Origin: Octopus sinensis
Lineage: Eukaryota
Length of the DNA stretch: 64,000 nt
Direction of reading: 5' to 3'
Assembly (NCBI RefSeq): GCF_006345805.1
Contig: NC_043004.1
Location: 101,494,001 to 101,558,000, forward strand
Positions 1-11,299 of the stretch are shown piece after piece. The position numbers and the translations under genes are program-made. Every line of letters begins with the position of its first letter. The first letter of the stretch is position 1. Under the pieces are notes generated by a model. It was not told where the DNA came from. It was given only the letters and a program-made list of their open reading frames with translations, and did no database searches.

Positions 1-180
1 AAAAGCACCCACTACACTCACGGAGTGGTTGGCGTTAGGAAGGGCATCCAGCTGTAGAAACATTGCCAGATAAGACTGGAGCCTGGTGCAGCCTTCTGGC
101 TTCCCAGATCCCCGGTCGAACCGTCCTACCCATGCTAGCATGGAGAACGGACGTTAAACGATGATGATGATGATGATGAT
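1..180 (+). mobile_element. SINE-like family A ((GAT)n tail), 5' part cut by the window edge
   Basis: aaagcacccactacactc...ggaagggcatccagctgtagaaac...gacgttaaacgatgatgatg; the same sequence recurs more than 10 times in the window. Confidence 0.85.
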
Positions 181-205
181 ATATATATATACATACATAT
201 ATATT

Positions 206-286
<81 letters not shown>

Positions 287-592
287 ATATATACATATAT
301 ATACACACATACACACCACACACACATAATCACATACATATATGCATGTATATATATATTTATGTATGTATATATATGTATATATATATACACACATATA
401 CATACATACATACATACACATACATATACATACATGCATACATACACACACATACATACATACACACATACACACATACATGCATACATACATACATACA
501 TACACACATACACACACATACATGCATCCATCCATCCATGCATCCATCCATCCATCCATACATACATACATACATACATACATATTAATGCT
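161..592. repeat. Compound microsatellite (GAT)n-(AT)n-(TACA)n-(CATC)n
   Basis: Seen directly; it generates the seven overlapping YI/HT/MY-rich ORFs at 135-738. Confidence 0.95.
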
Positions 593-1046
593 GGCATGGA
601 AAAATGGATATAAAAACAAATGAGAAGGTAAAATACTGCATGAAAGCAGGAAGTCTTAACTTCAAGAAGGAAAAAAAAATACATTTCCTTCTTTTTAGAA
701 CTGAGAATTTTAAACAAAGAATTTACTGGGTAGGGCAAGTCTTTCTAGATTGCAGTTGCTTTCTCACTGGCTGTTATTCATTATGAATTCCAAGATTTAC
801 CTAAAGAGGGCAGGGAGGGAGAATATTCAGTGGGTAGTTGAATAAAAGTGGGATGATAATGAGGTGGCCAAAAGGGTGCAATGGATGTAAAAACAGCGGG
901 TTAACTTGGTTAAGTTTTATTTGTGAAATACGTTTGTTTTTGAATTTCCTGCAGAGAGTGGTCTATGTTTGTGGTGGTAGTGGTGGTGCCAGTGCTAGGA
1001 ATTTGACCTGGCTGCCCCCAAAAGCTGAGGAACCACTGCTCTAGAG

Positions 1047-1639
1047 CAGTGCTTTTCAAACTTTTTGCTGGAGCGGAACCCCAAGGAAACATTCCACTGG
1101 CTCGGGGAACCCCTGTGCAATAATTTAATAGTCTTATGCACACATATAGGCGCAGGAGTGGCTGTGTCGTAAGTAGCTTGCTAACCAACCACATGGTTCC
1201 GGGTTCAGTCCCACTGTGTGGCATCTTGGGCAAGTGTCTTCTGCTATAGTGCCGGGCCGACCAATGCCTTATGAGTGGATTTGGTAGACGGAAACTGAAA
1301 GAAGCCTGTCGTATATATGTATGTGTGTCTGTGTTTGTCCCCCTAGCATTGCTTGTGTTTACGTCCCCGTAACTTAGCGGTTCGGCAAAAGAGATCGATA
1401 GAAAAAGTACTGGGCTTACAAAGAATAAGTCCCATGGTCGATTTGCTCGACTAAAGGCGGTGCTCCAGCATGGCCGCAGTCAAATGACTAAAACAAGTAA
1501 AAGAGTAAATGAGAGAGATATCTGCACAGGAAAATTTAAAATTACTGCCGATTTTAGCAGTTTTGTAACTTCTTGCGGAACCCCTAGACTGTACTGGCAG
1601 AACCCTAAGGTTCCGCAGAACCCTGGTTGAAAATCACTG
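1047..1639. mobile_element. hAT (Charlie-like) MITE containing a SINE insertion
   Basis: TIRs cagtgcttttcaa / ttgaaaatcactg; perfect 8-bp TSD ctctagag at 1039-1046 and 1640-1647. Confidence 0.85.
1148..1518 (+). mobile_element. tRNA-derived SINE family B
   Basis: Head ggcgcaggagtggctgtg..gtaag, B-box-like gggttcagtccc, tail aagagtaaa; multiple copies in the window. Confidence 0.85.
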
Positions 1640-2040
1640 CTCTAGAGTATCATATTATTAATAATTGTTATTGATCTATGGATTGCGAATAACATAGTCA
1701 TTACAAATACTTAATATTCATTCAGCTTAATCTAATTGTAGTTATACTTTGAGTAGCAACAGTTGGGTAGATTACATATCCCTTTCAGATAAACAATTGA
1801 CGATATATCCCACCATTGGTATAGGAGCTAAGTTATTGAGTGGTTGAAGCAATGAATGCTTAACTGAAATTAATAGGAACAGCTAATTCTATTCCATTAA
1901 TAAATGGGACAATGAATTGATTGGATGTTAGGCTACACATACTAGTCTTTAGTTTTATATTTCATGTTTCTGCATGCAAATCGTACAGCTGTACCAACAT
2001 CTGTATCTACTAATAAATCTATAGTCTTTTCTACTCTAGG

Positions 2041-2640
2041 CACAAGGCCTGGAATTTTGGGGGAGGCAGGGGCCAGTTGATTAGATCAACCCCAGTATGC
2101 AACTGGTACTTAATTTATCGAACCTGAAAGGATGAAAGGCAAAGTCGACCTTGGTGGAATTTGAACTCAGAACATAAAAACAGACGAAATACTGCTAAGC
2201 ATTTCACCCAGCAGGTTAACATTTCTGCCAGCACAAGGCCTGGAATTTTTTTTGGAGGGTGGGACAGGGGCCAGTTGATTAGATCAACCCCAGTATGCAA
2301 CTAGTACTTGATATATCGAACCTGAAAGGATGGAAAGTAAAGTCGACCTCGGCGGAATTTGAACTCAGAACGTAAAAACAGACGAAATACTGCTAAGCAT
2401 TTCACCCAGCAGGTTAACATTTCTGCCAGCACAAGGCCTGGAATTTTTTGGGGTGGGTGGGACAGGGGCCAGTTGATTAGATGAACCCCAGTATGCAACT
2501 AGTACTTAATATATCGAACCTGAAAGGATGGAAAGTAAAGTCGACCTCGGTGGAATTTGAACTCAGAAGGTAAAAACAGACGAAATACTGCTAAGTATTT
2601 CACCCACCAGGTTACCATTTCTGCCAGCTCGCCACCTTAC
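2041..2640 (-). repeat. Three tandem copies (about 191-198 bp) of a family C SINE segment
   Basis: The unit start cacaaggcctggaatttt occurs at 2041, 2232 and 2430; the ORFs 2115-2300 and 2301-2498 are near-identical. Confidence 0.92.
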
Positions 2641-2685
2641 TAATAAAACTATAATAAATAACAAAGTGCTTTCTTTAGTGTAAAT

Positions 2686-3522
2686 TAGTGGTTCCCAAAT
2701 TTTTTCAGGCTGCCACCTACTTGTCACTTGGGCCACATTCCTAGCACCTTATCATCACCCCGTCACCACTCACCACCATAAATATAGACAACCTTTCTGC
2801 AACAAATTTAAGACAACTGTATTTCACAAATAAAACTTAACCTGATTAACCCAGGCGCAGGAGTGGCTGTGTGGTAAGTAGCTTGCTAACCAACTACATG
2901 GTTCCGGGTTCAGTCCCACTGCGTGGCATCTTGGGCAAGTGTCTTCTGCTATAGCCCCAGGCCGACCAAAGCCTTGTGAGTGGATTTGGTAGACGGAAAC
3001 TGAAAGAAGCCTGTTGTATATATGTATATATATATATATAATTATATATATATATATAATATATATATGTGCGTGTATGTTTGTGTGTCTGTGTTTGTCC
3101 CCCTAGCATTGCTTGACAACCGATGCTGGTATGTTTACGTCCCCGTCACTTAGCGGTTCGGCAAAAGAGACTGATAGAATAAGTACTGGGCTTACAAAGA
3201 ATAAGTCCCGGGGTCGATTTGCTCGACTAAAGGCAGTGCTACAGCATGGCCGCAGTCAAATGACTGAAACATGTAAAAGAGTAAAAGAGAGAGTAACCCA
3301 TTATTTTGGTTTTCTTTTTTACATCGATTGTCCCCTTTTGGCCAACCCATTATCACTCCCACTTTGCTGCAACACCCCCACTCCTGTCCCTTTCCCCTGC
3401 TCCACCCCCATGGTCTTTGCACCCTACCTTGATCTTTCCATTGATGCCCTCAATCTTTCCATCACCCCATCGGCCTTTCCACTGTCCCAGGGAGGCAGTA
3501 CCACGAATTTGGGGAACCACTG
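2686..3522. mobile_element. hAT MITE containing a SINE insertion
   Basis: TIRs tagtggttcccaaat / atttggggaaccactg; perfect 8-bp TSD gtgtaaat at 2678-2685 and 3523-3530. Confidence 0.88.
2854..3294 (+). mobile_element. tRNA-derived SINE family B, full length
   Basis: Complete head to tail, flanked by a 7-bp direct repeat taaccca. Confidence 0.88.
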
Positions 3523-3672
3523 GTGTAAATGAATACAAAGATCTCATTTCATAACAAAAATAAAGTAGTACTTATAGAATGAGTACCATAAATCCTTAGT
3601 ATAGTCCGCCCTTGAGTATAACACACTCTTCTTTCACTTCTGACTTTCTATGGAAACTTTTGATGCTACTAT

Positions 3673-4521
3673 ACATGGTCTGATCAATAAGTATCCGGAC
3701 TGTTGCCATAGTAATGAAACTAAAGCATGCAGAGTGAAGCTTCTTAGCACAGCTGGACCTTGAACTCTGCTGTGCATGCACACTAAGTTTTAACATTCTA
3801 GCTCACTTTTGCTGTTTACAGCAGTGCTTGGAAGGAAGGTGTGTAGCGTGTAATTGTCGCATTGACCAGGATAAAGAAAGTTGAGCAGAGAATCTACATC
3901 AAATTTTGCCAAAAGCTTGGTGATACCTGCTCAGAGGCCTATGCAAAGTTTGCAAAAAGTTTTCATCGTTCTCGACACAATCAATGGAGATCTTGTGCAA
4001 CTGAAACCTGAGTGTCTTTTTGGTCAGCTGACACATGTCTCATACCCAAATCTTCAGCAATAATGAACTGAACTGAACCGAAACTAATCTGCATATCCTC
4101 TGATAACTCACGGATGGTGATTCAATGAGTTTCCCTCACAGTTGCATGCAATGTTTTTCTCATTTCTGCTGGTTGCAAGTCTCCCAGAACGATTGTCAGA
4201 ATTGACATTTTTTCGGCCATGTTGGAAACGTCTGAACCACTCGTACACTTGTGTGCAGCTCATGCAATCCTCTCCATACACTTTCTGTAACTTTACAGAG
4301 GCCTCTGAGCAAGTATTGTCATGACAACTTACTCTGTCTTGGACAATGCTACACACCTTCCTTCCAAGCACTGCTGTAAACAGCGGAAGTGAGCTAGAAT
4401 GTTAAAACTTGGTGCACATGCACAGCAGAGGTCAAAGTCAATCTGTGCCAACCATCTTCATTCTGTATGCTTTAGCTTCGTTACTATGGCAACAGCCAAA
4501 TACTTATTGATCAGACCTCGT
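3673..4521. mobile_element. Foldback mariner derivative (two 5' ends in inverted orientation)
   Basis: Arms of about 270-290 bp (3673-3960 and 4255-4521) begin ggtctgatcaataagta and are flanked by TA. The minus strand encodes a mariner HTH remnant, KLQKVYGEDCMSCTQVYEWFRRFQHGRKNVNSDNRSGR. Confidence 0.85.
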
Positions 4522-4536
4522 CTATACATAAATATA

Positions 4537-5800
4537 TTGGGTCATCCCATAAATAATGTGGTTTTTTTAATACATCTTCTATTTTTCAGAATTAAGATAA
4601 ACAAAGGTCTTTTTTAATCTAAAATATCCTCTCCTTCATCTTCTACCGTGCTTTTCCATCGATCTGCTAGACTTGCAAGGCCCCTCTTCCAAAATTCACT
4701 TGCCCATAACGAAAAATACTCCACTAGCACTGTTCTGACTTCGTCTACAGAATTCATATTTTTTCCGTCCAAATGATTTTGAGGACTGTGGAATAAATGA
4801 TAATCAGGTTGTGCAATGTCTGGAAAATATGGTGGATGGAGCATTGTTTCCCATTCAAACTGCTCCAGCCTTTGGAATGTCATCCTTGCTGTATGTGGCA
4901 AAGCATTATCCTCATGGAAGAACACCTTTCGTCTTGAAACCAAAGATGGTTGTTTTTTCTTCTAGTGCTCATTTAAGCCGCTCAAGCTGCTTGCAGTAGA
5001 TTTCCTTTGTTATCATTTGGTTTGGATTTAAAAGTTCAAAGTAGACTAAATCTTTCATATCCCTCCAAACAGATAACAATACCTTATGTGGCTGAAGACC
5101 TTCTTTAGTCTGGGATGCAGGTGTTTCTCCTTTCCTTACCTATTGTCTTTGGCACTTGACATTTTTATAGAGAACTCATTTCTCATCACGAGTCACTATT
5201 CGGTCCAAAAAAGGTTCATTTGTGAGATGTGACAGCAAAGAAGAGCACACATTCACTCTCTGTGCGTGATTAGACTTGGAAAGTTTGTGAAGAACCCATT
5301 GACCCAATTTGCTGACTTTTCTGATGGCACACAGGTGTTGATGAATGGTTGAATGACCAAATCCAAGCTTCGCTGCTAGTTTCTCAACAGTTACGATAGA
5401 TTTTGTTCCACTAAGGTTTGCAGGACGTTCTTGTTGAGCTCTACAGATCTTCCAGGACGAGGCTCGTCTTCTAGGCTGTAGTTACTGGAACCACCTTTGA
5501 TACTGGCTTACGCTTATTGTCCGATCCCCATATACTGCATTAATATTCCTTGCATTGTTGTCTTTATCGAACGCATAAAGCAAAATATGCCGTATATGCT
5601 CCTTTGTCACTTCCATTATAGCTTTGAAAAAATATCTGTTAAAATGGAACTGCACTCTTGAAAACTGGCACAAAGAATAAGTACAAGGTAAAATTACTAC
5701 CTGCTTTTATAGTAAGTTGATGCAGGTAGTTTATCCTGTCCCTCTCTGACCTTTAGTTCATACACTTGAAAAAAGCCGCATTATTGATGGGATGACCCAA
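4537..5800 (-). mobile_element. Full-length degenerate mariner (Tc1/mariner, D,D34D) transposon
   Basis: TIRs ttgggtcatcccataaataatg / cattattgatgggatgacccaa; TA on both sides; about 1.26 kb. Confidence 0.93.
4614..5616 (-). pseudogene. Mariner transposase pseudogene
   Basis: Runs MEVTKEHIRHILLY...WVLHKL...IVTRDEK*VLYKN...HEDNALPH...HPPYFPDIAQPDYHLF, with exactly 34 residues between the second and third catalytic D; contains in-frame stops. Confidence 0.92.
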
Positions 5801-8800
5801 TACATATATATTAAATTTATTATTTTAAAGCAAGTTTAAGAATAACAACAGAACATTTACTTGATGAAGGTACTCAATTCTGAAAATAAAGTAAAATTTA
5901 TTACAAAACTTAGTTGATTAGGAATTAAAGTTTTCCTGATGACTTCTTCAACCAGTTGCATAATCTGATTGAAGTCCCAGACAACACAAATTTTATAAAA
6001 TGTGTGTGTGTGTTTGCTTATATACTTAAGGACATACATAAGCCAAAATGCTCAGACACTTATGAATTGACGTATAGAATGCTAAACCAATACATGCCAA
6101 CAATGAGGAACTAACCAAGGTAATTACCAAAAATATCCAACATCAGGTACAGATAAGGATTTAGAAAATTTTAGCAATGTTGCACCCCGTCTCTCTCTCT
6201 CCATCTCCACCACATTTCATTATAAGTAACACTACATCACCACATCCCCACCTCCACCAGCAACAACAGCTACAGGCTAGTCTGAATGAGGTCCCTTCAG
6301 GATGAGAAATCGCAATGATAAAATAGCTTTGGTGACGTGAAGCAGAAATATCTCCCAAGCAAATGATATAATTATAAAAGCCTATCCTCTCATTCTAAAT
6401 GGTATTATCTTCAATTAGGTTTTTCTACATTACCATCCCCAAAGCTGTTTATCAAACCTTCACCGCCCACTTTTCTCTTTTAACTTGTATTCGCTGAAGC
6501 TTTAATTATTTCATTAATTACTCCCTAATTAACATTGTTTTTCATGTAAGAGATACTACACTGAAATTAAAACCTTTGTCAATGTATACTTTAGACAGAA
6601 TTGTAATGTTATTCCATAATCTAAACAGCAGTGGTATTGGCGTCAGTTTTGGTGGTGCTATTGAATAATGAAACACAAGTTCTTCAGCCAAACCAAATGT
6701 TTAAATAAGTAATAATTAGTAGCTGAAATTATTATTATCTTTACATGTAAATTTTCTTGAGATTATCACGAACATCATAAATTCTTACTTCTATCCATTT
6801 TGTAAAGATGTGGTTGCTTACCTCACCAAAAAAAAAAAGAAAAATATTGAGGCTGGTATAATCTAATGGGTGAGTGATAATGATTTCAGTTTTGGAGAGA
6901 GGGGCAAGTCAATTACTTTGACCCCAATACTGATACTTTTTTTATTAACCCTAAAAGGATGAAAGCAAAGTTGACTTCGGAGGAAATTGAACTCAGAATG
7001 TAAAGAGTGGAACAAACACCTCAGGGCATTTTTTGATGTTCAAATGATTCTGCCTGTGCTCCAGTGTCTGCTGTGAGTTCCTACAGCTGAATGCCCTTTG
7101 TACCGCCAACCATTTTACAGAGTATACTGGGTGTCTTTTCTGGGACAAGTATATTGGTTAGCCAAGAACTTATCATTGCACCTTAGTCTCTTCTACAATG
7201 ATTATTTTAATGCCTGCTTTTTCCTGTTGCAGGAGTTAATTGAGTCTGAAGCATGGTAGATTATCACCTGCCCACCACAGTGGAACAAACAGAATTGATG
7301 CCTTAAAACCACCTTGATAATGTTTGCCCATGAAGGACATTGGTGATGGTGTCACGTAAAAAAGACCTAGTACATTCTGTAGAGTGGTTGGCACTAGGAA
7401 GGGCATCCAGCTGTTGAAACCAAGGTGTGGCTCCTGCCAAACTGTCCAACCCATACCAGCATGGAAAACGGACATTAAATGTTGATGATCCCAGTCTTGT
7501 GTGACCTTGTCAGTAGGCAACTCATCATTTTCAAATTTGACATTATTATTCCATCTCAGAAGGTGGCAACTTAATAAAGTTTTTAGAACGGGCAAAATGC
7601 TTTGTAGTATTTCTTCCATATCTCTGCACCCTCAGTTCAAATCTACCTTTCATTCTTTCAAGATCAATTAAAAAAGTACCACTTCAAGGTAGTGGATTGA
7701 CAGAACTGCTTGATTAAGCAAGGTTCTTTGCAGTATCTGTGTTGGTCAATGTTGGAGGCCTTTTTCCTAGATAAAAATTAGTGGCTAATACAGTTAACAC
7801 AAGGCATTTTGCTTAACCCTCAAGCAGTTCTGTCAATCCACTGCCCTGAATTTGTACTTTTTTTTACTGACCCTCAAAATTATGAAAGGTACAGTTGACT
7901 TTGGTTGGATTTTAACTGAGGGAACAGAAAGTTGGCACCATCTGGCCAAAGGGAAATATTACCTTGCTTGGAAACAGTTGAGGATTGGCAATGGGAAGGG
8001 TATCCAGTTATACAAAATCTGTTGCAATGACTTCTGTCCAACTCATGCAAGCATGGAAAAGAGGACATTAAACTGATAATGAACAAAATATATCATCATG
8101 CAAATTCGTATGTGTATAGGTGGGTGTATTCTCCCAATACATACATATATTAGAAGTATGTAGATTCTAATATATATGTGCATACAGTAACTAGTATCAT
8201 AGACCTATACCTGATGGTTTTGTGCAGTCAGTCTTGTTGGTCAGCTGTATTCATCAGAGGGTTGAAAGAAATAACAGATAATGGATAGTTTTGAACAACA
8301 TCTAACATCAGAAAGAGTTACTACAGATAATAGCAGTAAATTCTATTTGACACCACATGCATCAGGAGGATGTTCCTAACAATGAATGCAAAAGAACTAA
8401 GGCACGTAGTGGTTTGCTGTTTTTATTTAATTATAGAATTGGTGTGATGTGACAAATAATATGAAGTTTATCTCTATGCTAGAGGTTGCTGTTCTTTGAA
8501 CTATTTCTAAATGTTTATGTTCCTTTCAAAATTGCTCACATAATGTTTTATGTTTTCTTCTGCACCTCTTGATCTCCAAGCACACTACAAAAGTCATGTA
8601 CAGTATACTAAATGACTGACAGAATGAATATTTTTGTTTAGATGATATTTTATTGAACACTTAATCAATATACTTTTTTTGTGAAAACTTCAGCTTGATA
8701 GATTATGAATTTCATTGCATGTTGCATATTGATTTCTTTGCATAATTCATATTTTGACTCTTGACAACACTGAACTTCTGCATACACAGCTGAAGCCCAG

Positions 8801-9039
8801 CTTCACAATGTTTTTGTTAATGATGGCATTTATGGTGAAATTCCTTCTTATAAACACTCAAAGAAGACTCTCTAGATGTATTTGATATGAATGACACTTC
8901 ATGCCATGGGGCATGGACTAGCTACTTGATACAGCTTTCTTTTCACTCCTCACTATTTTTCAGTTTTTCTGGTCTTGTCTCTTGGAATTTAATGTTTCTA
9001 TCTACTATAGAAATCAAAAAATCAAATGGAAATTGTAGT

Positions 9040-9296
9040 TGTGATACCTGTGCTGGTGGCATGTAAAAAAGCACCATCCAAACGTGGCCGATGCCAGCCT
9101 CACCTGGCTCCTGTGCCGGTGGCATGTAAAAACCACCCACTACACAGTGGTTGGCATTAGGAAGGGCATCCAGCTGTAGAAACACTGCCAGATCAGACTG
9201 GAGCCTGGTGCAGCCTCCTGGCTTCCCAGACCCCAGTCGAACCATCCAACCCATGCTAGCACGGAAAATGGACGTTGAATGATGATGATGATGATA
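9040..9296 (+). mobile_element. SINE-like family A with two upstream hairpin modules
   Basis: Family A body and (GAT)n tail; gtgc.ggtggca.gtaaaaa.cacc modules near 9050 and 9113. Confidence 0.82.
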
Positions 9297-9912
9297 CTGT
9301 TCCAATATCAAGTGACGTTCCTTCAACTTGGAAGCCTGCACAAGCCACAGATCTGGTCTGTTGTTCACAAACCTCATAGAAACTCCCAGTTTAATCTTTC
9401 TTCTCCAAATAAGCATCACCAACTGCTAATACCTTCCTTCTTCAGACCGCCCAGCTCTTACTCTGAAGTCACTAATTACTAGCTAATGTTTAGTGATGCA
9501 CTCTACACCAAGGAGATACTTGGTGTTCACAACCATTTGGCTATCCTATTTTCTACTGAGCATGAAGTCTATTTGGCTTGCATGTTTGCCTGGGGAGTAG
9601 CTGCTCAGATGGCAAGTTAGTGTTGCAAATGGTTAGGTCACTTACATCAGAGAATTCTAAGACCATTCATTCCTCTCCTGTATAACATAACCATAGCTTC
9701 CTTGTACAACAGAATAGCCTACATGTCCATGAAAGTCACCAGCTATCTGTCAATAAGGTACTTTCTACGAACAAAGGTGCTCACAGAAACAGTACTTTGT
9801 TTAGCTGTCAATTCCCACCATAGTAAATATGCAAAAATCATCATTGTGGCCTTGTAGCCTAATGACAAGCCTGAGCTTAACTATACTAATATATTATTAT
9901 TATTATTATTAT

Positions 9913-10080
9913 TTAAGGCGGTGAGCTGGCAGAATCGTTAGCAAACTGGATGAAATACTTAGCGGTATTTTGCCCGTCGCTATGTTCTGAGTTCAAATTC
10001 TGCCAAGGTTGACTTTGCCTTTCATCCTTTGGGGGTTGATAAATTAAGTACCAGTTGTATACTGGGATCGATGTAATTAT
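9913..10080 (+). mobile_element. tRNA-derived SINE family C
   Basis: Head ggcggtgagctggcagaa, B-box gagttcaaattc, central tttgcctttcatcctt..gg..gataaattaagtaccag domain (resembles the MetaSINE core, from memory). Confidence 0.8.
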
Positions 10081-10189
10081 TATGTGTACAGTAAGGACAA
10101 TGATAGAATTCATAATCCAAACACAATTTCAGATCAAAAATATATAATCCACACAGGTGAATGACAGTAGAAAAGTTTTTGCATTTATA

Positions 10190-10558
10190 GGTGTAGGAGT
10201 TGCTTACGAACCACATGGTTCCGGGTTCAGTCCCACTGCATGGTACCTTGGGCAAGTGTCTTCTACTATAGCCTCGAGCCGATCAAAGCCTTGTGAGTGG
10301 ATTTGGTAGACGGAAACTGAAAGAAGCTCATTGTATATATATGTATATATTTATGTATATGTGTCTATGTTTGTCCCCCCACAATCACTTGACAACCGGT
10401 GCTGGTGTGCTTATGTCCTTGTAGCTTAGCAGTTCAGCAAAAAGGACTGATAGAATAAGTCCTAGGTTTACAAAGAATAAGTCCTGGGGTCGATTTACTT
10501 GACTAAAGGTAGTGCTCCAGCATGGTCACAGTCAAATCACTGAAACAAGTAAAGAGTA
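10190..10558 (+). mobile_element. SINE family B (diverged)
   Basis: Aligns by eye with the 2854-3294 copy. Confidence 0.8.
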
Positions 10559-10834
10559 TAGGTCATTAGTTCAGTTCTGAAGTTGGCATGTCATTGAATA
10601 CATTGTCCTGGTTCTATGGCTGTTGGGATTAAGTTCCAGATGAATCTGGTTCAGTCCCACACAGAATCCTAATTGTTTTGCACTGTTGGATACAGACAAT
10701 TGTAACTGTTGCTTCAATTGATCTCACAGAACAAAATACAAACTCTGCTCTCAGTTTCACAGTTGTGTGGCTATTAGGAGGAAGGAACATTGTCCACCTG
10801 GTCCAACAAGTATAACATACTACACAGGTTGTTG

Positions 10835-11140
10835 GCATCCTTTTTGTCTCGGGAGACAATGGAGTTGCGCATAAAGTAGTCTAGTCCGGCTTTTACATTT
10901 CATGTCCTGATACATTTCCTGCTGTAGCTGTGTAGTCCTATCCTGGACAAACACTCCCTCTGGCAGGTACCGCAAATGTAGCGAAGACTGTTCCTGGCTG
11001 GTTGTAATGCCATAGTTTCTTGTTGACGTCTTTTCTTGTCTTTCCATTTCTCCTCTCTCTCTCTGTCACTCCTTTGTATTCCCTCTCTTACGGTACGTCG
11101 CCAGTCTCCACGGTTGCCGGCAACTGCCTCCCAACCGCTA
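10835..11140 (-). mobile_element. RTE-clade LINE 3' end (5'-truncated)
   Basis: WEAVAGNRGDWRRTVREG...YICGTCQRECLSRIGLHSYSRKC matches the RTE C-terminal W-x-A-x-DR-x-W motif plus zinc finger; a 3' tail ctccattgtctcccgagac follows. Confidence 0.85.
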
Positions 11141-11299
11141 ACAAAAAATATCGCTGTGCTGGCCATTTTTATTTTTACCATACGATGACCTAGACGTCAA
11201 AGCTAAGAACATTTTTCTCTTCCTTCTTTCTGTTAGTTTTTAGCTCCATCTCTTAGAATTTTGTTAAGTAAATTACTCGCTTCTCCCTCCTCTGCTTAA

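Noticed and set aside
135-738. Cluster of long overlapping ORFs up to 170 aa
   Set aside because: They are translations of (AT)n, (TACA)n and (CATC)n microsatellites, which lack stops in several frames.
8810-8836. VNDGIYG resembling the ornithine decarboxylase motif VNDGVYG
   Set aside because: Only seven residues match; the following SFNC...WGPTCD sequence is absent in all frames and a stop follows 13 codons later.
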